A stretch of DNA of 15,012 bases from Klebsormidium nitens (taxonomy: Eukaryota > Plantae > Klebsormidiophyceae): assembly GCA_000708835.1 (NCBI GenBank). It is one part of the record DF238023.1 of this genome. The stretch is one strand, 5' to 3'. The notes under the pieces were generated by a model, which was given only the letters and a program-made list of their open reading frames with translations, did not search any database and had not been told where the DNA came from. The position numbers were made by a program, and so were the translations under genes. Positions 9,955 to 15,012 of the stretch are shown piece by piece (position 1 is the stretch's first letter; the number at the start of each line of letters is the position of its first letter).

Positions 9955-10027
9955 TTTTCTGCCGACCGACCGACCCGCCCCCGAAGGGGGTGGACCGGAA
10001 ACTCCATATCGACTTCGCGTGGCCTAA
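9955..10027 (-). repeat. Probable terminal sequence of the Zator-like element
   Basis: (CCGA)3 run at 9962-9975, CCCCC-GAA-GGGGG hairpin at 9978-9990, CCGGAAAC, then GGCC followed by TAA; about 365 bp upstream of the transposase ATG. Confidence 0.55.
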
Positions 10028-10085
10028 GGAATACCGTCCATGCAATTTAACTTTAAATACCCACAAAATTCTGTTATATGAGAAA

Positions 10086-10300
10086 CAGGGGTCGGCACAA
10101 GCCGACTAACCGTGATCCCCGGGACATTGAACTTTCCGAAAAGCCGACAAAATTAAGAAGTACCCGGCTCGAAGCCGACACCGGAGGCAGGGGCCAAAGC
10201 GAGAAGCCGACAAGTACCCCAAAATATAGGCGAGAAGCCGATGAATTTACAAGGGAGTCGGCTTTGAGCCGACATTTTCGAAAACCTGTGGCGACCCCTG
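10086..10300. mobile_element. 215-bp hAT-type MITE
   Basis: TIR CAGGGGTCGGCACA / TGTGGCGACCCCTG (13/14 match). Perfect 8-bp TSD ATGAGAAA (10078-10085, 10301-10308). Multiple internal AGCCGAC/GTCGGCT motifs. Confidence 0.93.
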
Positions 10301-10450
10301 ATGAGAAATAGTACGTAGCCTCCTCGTGTCGCACATGTTCCGCGCGATGATCCGATCGACGCTTTCTTCAAGGACGTGTAATTTGGTCACCCCTTTCAAT
10401 TTGCATGATAACCGGCAACAAAGAAGGTGCATGATTTTATATTACTGAAT

Positions 10451-10484
10451 CTACTGTAGGATCTCAACTTAACTCCTACAGTAG
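10451..10484. repeat. Perfect 11-bp inverted repeat with 12-nt spacer
   Basis: CTACTGTAGGA-tctcaacttaac-TCCTACAGTAG. Confidence 0.85.
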
Positions 10485-12964
10485 CTGCCACTAAAATATG
10501 TGTACGTACGTACCTAGCGCATCACACTGGGTACTCAAACTTACCTGATACAATACTGCTCAGTTATAGGATGGGGACAACATGCATGAGTGGTCACTTT
10601 CATTTTTTGTCCAGTTTGCAGATCTTGACCAGATGAGTCACACAACGATCTTGAAATATAATAGTCACGCACCATGAGATCCATATGTCAGAGTGCTTGG
10701 CCACATCAAACCGAGTACTGTCTGATACGCCTCGATGTCAGCCAAGTTCAGCTTAAGTACCACCTCATTTCTTACAAGTTTCCAGTTGCAATGCTCTATG
10801 TTTCTACTGTACAGCCTTCATTTTCGACCATGTTATTTGCAGATTCGGGTGCTACACGCCTATCAGCCACACTGCGTTGCGCGCCACATATTATACCATA
10901 TTGTACCAACACAGCGCGCTATCAACAACCAATCAGCTGGAGAAAAGGAACGCGAAGTCCTCTGCAGTCAAGCGCCCGAGAGCCTCAGCGGACCCCCCAA
11001 CGGTTCTGAAAAGCAACGATTTGTGAGGGTTAGTTGTGACTAGCAGCAAATGTTCGGCACTACGCACCAAAAAACGTAAAATACTCACCGAACGCAACGT
11101 TTCTGAAACAACTGAGCAGCCCACACGCTTCAGTCTTCCATCCACCAATTTCCGAAGCGTCTTCTAAAGAACATTAATCTTGACATCAAATACGGACTCC
11201 AAGGGCCATCAAAATTGGGACCCCCTCCGAGACGAGCTTAGAGCCCCGAAATGGGAATATGAAGCCTTGCTGGAGAACAATTAACGGCGAGGTCCATTGC
11301 GGAATCAAAGTAGAAGTCTTGCCCGTGAAGCGCCCAGCGTTGTTTCTTTGATTCACCTGCCATTGCAAGGTAACGGCGCAAAATGCAAGCTTCGCTGCAT
11401 GGCTGCCAACATTTTGCCGCAACCCATCCAGTGCGGGCTGAACGATCTCTTGGGGCACAAGCCAAGAAAGGTTCAAGCTTTTGGGCGCTCATCCGTCGAA
11501 CACCAGCTGCTTCTTCTCTTGCAGCTTCAGGATGCGTTCCTCAATCGTGTTCTCGATCACGAACCGGGTGACCCTAGAGACAAAAAGCAGGGACAAACAA
11601 CGCTCAAAATCTGGCAACTATCGGTCAAGCGCCAACAGTCAGCAGGCTGCTCGAGGCTGGAAAAAGCACACGCCCTATGTCGGAAGGAAAGATCTGAAAC
11701 CCTGACTGCCAAATCCAGTGTGAGTAGATCTTGATTCCAAAAGCAAAAGAGGTGTAACCAGTCAACGTGTGGTCACAATGAGCAACCGTCTTCACGATCG
11801 TTTCCTCGCAATCGGCTATAGATGAACTTGGGTCAGGCAGCCAAGTTTGCGCGAAGCTGCAGAGACCTCGAAAGTGTGACCTCCGGGTGTGCTTACTGGA
11901 TGGGTTTGTACTGCCCGAGCCGGTGGATGCGATCCTGCGCCTGCTGCTCGACTGCGGGGTTCCACCTGGACACAAAATAGACGTATGTCAGCCGCTCAGG
12001 ATATGTCACATGGCAGTCACGGAAAGCGGAAGGACCCTTTGAAGCAATGGGAACAAAGCAGTGGATGTGAACCGCATGCTTTCTGCCTCGCTCGTTTTGA
12101 AAGTGTGCGGTTCCCATGATTTAGACGAGACTTGAATTGACTGTCATCTGACGTTGGAGAAGGCAGTCGGTGGCAAGCGCCGAGGACGACTCCAAACCGA
12201 AGTGAGCCTTCCCCCGCAAGACGTGTTGTTTCCTCAAAGAATCAGCTGAAGTTGACAACCAAGCTTGACGGTCCAAGCAACTCAGATTTGTTGGCTCAAG
12301 AAACGCTGTGAAACTAATTCTCAAAGTCATCAAAGATAAGAGGTGACTGCAGGCGGACAACCCTAGTTGAAACTCGCTCAAAAGAGCACTTGTTGATTGG
12401 CAGATTTCCTGCTTCTGCAACTGGCGAGACAGTCGCTCTCGATTCAGGGGACGGACTGGGATCGTGGGGGCAGTGTGCGCGAGCGGGACTGACCAAGGGT
12501 CCATAAGGAAGACACTGGAGGCGACAGTCAGATTGAGGGCAACGCCGCCGGCCTTGAGGCTCATCAGAAACACCTGCGAAGTCAGGTAGGGGGACTTAGA
12601 ACAAGCACAGCGAAATTGTGCATGGAAGATGATGCAATTTGAGATAGCCGGCGAAAAAGACATGCTCAGTTCGGCACATCTTTCGTATGAGTTGCGCTTG
12701 AGTGAGAAGCCGAAACGGCGAGCAAGCGTGGGAGGTAGAATGTACACGAAACAGCGAAGAGGCGGGATCATCGAAAAAAGGGAGGCTCCTCAGGCACCAA
12801 AAAGGACTTTTAAACGAAAATGGGGAATTCGTGAACGAATGTTTTTCAAAACCGCTTTGCCTTGATCATTTTTCATAACCGGCTTTCCACTTGCAGACTT
12901 GCAGCTTTTCGGCGTACCCCTGGTTCCAAATTCCGTGATTCGAGAACTTGCAACTAGACTTGAA

Positions 12965-13536
12965 AGGGTGGCAACCCACATTGACGACACGACGTTGGTG
13001 AAGTCTTGAATCATGCAGAAACGCTTTGTCTTTGCAATTCCAGACTCTCACAGTTGCTGAGTTCAGACTCTGATTCCCAATGATCCACAAAACTCCGTCG
13101 TATGCCTCGTGCAAAGATTTACCATATCTTCAAAAACACACCTACAGCGCAGATTCACCTTTACGTCCGGGTCGTTGGTAAAGTCCTGGATCATGCGGTT
13201 GCGTTTTTTCCCTCTAGAATCTTACGGTTGCCTGAGCTCAGATTCTAATTCCAAACCTCTACAGCGTCATCCGCCTCTTGCAAAAGGTCTCACAAAGGTT
13301 TCAAAGGACTTTGACAGAGCAGCCCACCTTGACGTCGGGGTCCTTGGTGAAGTCCTGGATCATGCGATCGCGCTTTGTACTGTAGGACTCCAAAGTCTCA
13401 CGATTGCCTGAGCAGATTCTCACCCCTCAAACACTTAAAGGTCATATGTCTTCTGCAAAAATGTCACAAATTCTCAAAAACTGCAACCCACCTTGACGTC
13501 GGGGTCGTTGGTGAAGTCCTGAATCATGCGGTCGCG
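12965..13536 (-). repeat. Degenerate tandem repeat, ~165-180 bp period, each unit = last 45 nt of a RAD16 exon + donor + intron start
   Basis: Exon-like segments at 13492-13536 (true exon end), 13328-13372, 13159-13203 and 12980-13023. Donors GTGGGT/GTGGGC/GTGAAT/GTGGGT at 13491, 13327, 13158, 12979. Confidence 0.9.
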
Positions 13537-13755
13537 GTGCTCCATGGTCATGGAGCCGTCCAGCTTGACGTGCACTTGATGCCCGCCTTCTCCAGCCGGA
13601 AGTGGCACAGGTCCAGCATGCTCGTGAACTGGCTCAACACCAGGCCCTTCGCCGACGGATCGTCCTCCGTCATCAGCGCAATCTCCTCGCGCTGCGGAGA
13701 TAGAAGAGGTTTTTTGAGCGAGAGTCATTTGAGAGTCAGTTTAGTCGCTGAATAA

Positions 13756-13937
13756 CGTGTCGAGACATTTTAGCGAGAAATAAGTACGACCGCATTCAGA
13801 GTCCTGCCTTCGGATGACCAGTCGCACAGACTTTCTATGCGAGGGTCGTGTCGAGACATTTTAGAGAGAAATAAGTACGACCGCATTCAAAGTCCTGCCT
13901 TCGGATGACCAGTCGCACAGACTTTCTATGCGAGGGT
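13756..13937. repeat. 91-bp direct tandem duplication in a RAD16 intron
   Basis: 13756-13846 vs 13847-13937, two mismatches. Confidence 0.95.
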
Positions 13938-15012
13938 TGTAGGACTTTATTGGCATCCTATCCGAGATTCTAAGATCTTCATCACCAACAATGTCAACTT
14001 GAAACCGCGTTGTAAAGGGCATGGCGAAACGAGTTCAAGAAAGAATCGACAGAGCGCGAGTGCGGAGCTCTGCACTCACGAGCGCCTCGATCTTGGTGCT
14101 CGTCTGGAACCCCCCCAGGTTGATCCGGTTCAGGATGCTCGTGCGCTTCTTGCTGATGCTCGCAGCAGTCGCTACCGCTGCCGCTTGCGCCGATCGTGTT
14201 AGCGCAGAAAGCAGACAGCGCTGAATAATGACGCCCTTTGCGGTGCTCATGAAGCTTTCAACAAGGTACGGAAGCACCTCAGACCGAAACGTCAGAAGAA
14301 GAGGTGTCTCTAGAAGAAAGGTTGCTAACGTTCAACCTCCACTAAGCCTTCAAAGAGCGCTCCACCTATTTTGAGATCTGCCGCCCGGCGACTCTTCTAC
14401 TAAGCAGATCTATTCAAACCCGAAAAGGGAGTGCAACATGACCGAACAACAGTGCCCGACTGAGAAAGCAATTGCTCGCAACAAGCCGGCTCGCTCGGAT
14501 CGAAAACTTCGATGCTCTGGAACTAGGGGTGGGGAGAGCTTCACCTGTGAGGTCGACGGTGAGGGGTCGCTGGCAGGTCGGGCAGCCCGCCTCCCGAGCG
14601 GTCTCCGCATCCCCACCGGCGCCCGCCACGAACTCGCTCAGGCAGGCGCGGCAGAAGCTGTGCTTGCAGGCCGTCACCTGTGACAGGTTCAGTGGTTTGT
14701 CAACGTCAGATTACGAAGGGTACTTCTTGTAACGGCACGACTGCGCACCGACTTCTGGCTGCGCGCCAAACTCGCGGCCGCGCATCGTCCGTTATTATAC
14801 GCTATCGACTTATTTGATATATCGAATCACTACACGACACGTGTCTGGGTTACTGTTTCACCGCGTGACCGTCCGATAAGACCCACGTGCACCGCGTGCG
14901 AGGGAACCGTCCGATCAGCTTTCGAGACTAAGCTTATGGCCGGCCGAGCACCGAAGCTTCTAGGCTGACACGTTGCGCTGCAGACTCAGACTCTTATGCG
15001 AAGCTTTTAGAT

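Larger units (their letters stand above)
2030..10024 (-). mobile_element. Degenerate Zator/TP36-like DNA transposon (only the right/5' terminus is recognisable; left coordinate is the transposase stop)
   Basis: Transposase gene on the minus strand. Upstream sequence ends in ...ccgaccgaccgacc...ccggaaac...cgcgtGGCC|taa at 10024, compatible with the GG..CC termini and 3-bp TSD described for Zator. No matching left TIR found in the window. Confidence 0.65.
10933..14677 (-). pseudogene. RAD16: RAD16-like SNF2 helicase/RING E3 ligase gene, 3' part, apparently disabled
   Basis: Exons 14677-14545 (CKHSFCRACL..CPTC, RING), ~14177-14080 (SILNRINL..FQTSTKIEAL), 13691-13492 (GLVLSQFTSMLDL..KLDGSM..DFTNDPDVK), 12573-12494 (VFLMSLKAGGVALNLTVAS), 11965-11897 (WNPAVEQQAQDRIHRLGQ), 11573-11493 (TIEERILKLQEKK), 11005-10933 (TVGG..ALGRLTAEDFAFLF*). 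Splice phases are consistent. There is a 2-nt insertion at 13570-13571 and an AT instead of GT donor at 11492. The 5' exons lie beyond the window. Confidence 0.88.

Noticed and set aside
10078-10371. ORFs 10078-10311, 10074-10334, 10153-10371
   Set aside because: They lie across the non-coding MITE; chance frames.
10451-10494. Helitron 3' end (hairpin + CTAA)
   Set aside because: Loop is long, spacer to CTRR is only 6 nt, the next base is not T, and no 5' TC end or Rep/Hel sequence is seen.
10674-10930. Additional coding exon in ORFs 10674-11009 / 10735-11043
   Set aside because: No recognisable homology; most likely RAD16 3' UTR or intergenic DNA.
12965-13536. CRISPR-like array
   Set aside because: Repeats are degenerate copies of a eukaryotic exon end, spacers are mutually homologous, and there are no cas genes.
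13570-13571. AC|GTCAAG as a phase-2 donor splicing to the duplicated exon ends
   Set aside because: Phase would fit the AG sites before two copies, but the donor is weak and the product would delete the conserved KLDGSM motif; a simple 2-nt insertion is more parsimonious.
11297-14732. Plus-strand ORFs (e.g. 11297-11734, 13109-13411, 13375-13755, 14472-14732)
   Set aside because: Antisense to RAD16 exons or repeats; no independent protein signal.

Overview
Eukaryotic genomic DNA with GT-AG introns, CT(A/G)AC-type branch motifs and GC-rich exons; the style resembles a green alga such as a Klebsormidium-like streptophyte (inference only). Two decayed intron-containing genes lie on the minus strand. 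(1) 2030-9659: an 8-exon, roughly 1,650-1,700 aa DD(43)E transposase gene with Zator/TP36-like motifs (DDKH..VGEP, DHDF, DGGPDH, NxxERIM) and C-terminal Cys clusters. It carries stops, frameshifts and a 382-bp hAT-type MITE whose removal restores the reading frame. A probable element terminus ends at 10024. (2) 10933-14677: the 3' part (RING + helicase C-terminal domain) of a RAD16-like SNF2 gene with a 2-nt frameshift and a mutated splice donor. One of its introns holds three tandem copies of the preceding exon end plus donor, and another holds a 91-bp tandem duplication. A second 215-bp hAT MITE with a perfect 8-bp TSD lies between the two genes. No rRNA, tRNA or CRISPR array was seen. Exon boundaries were derived by hand from splice consensus and phase, with no expression data.
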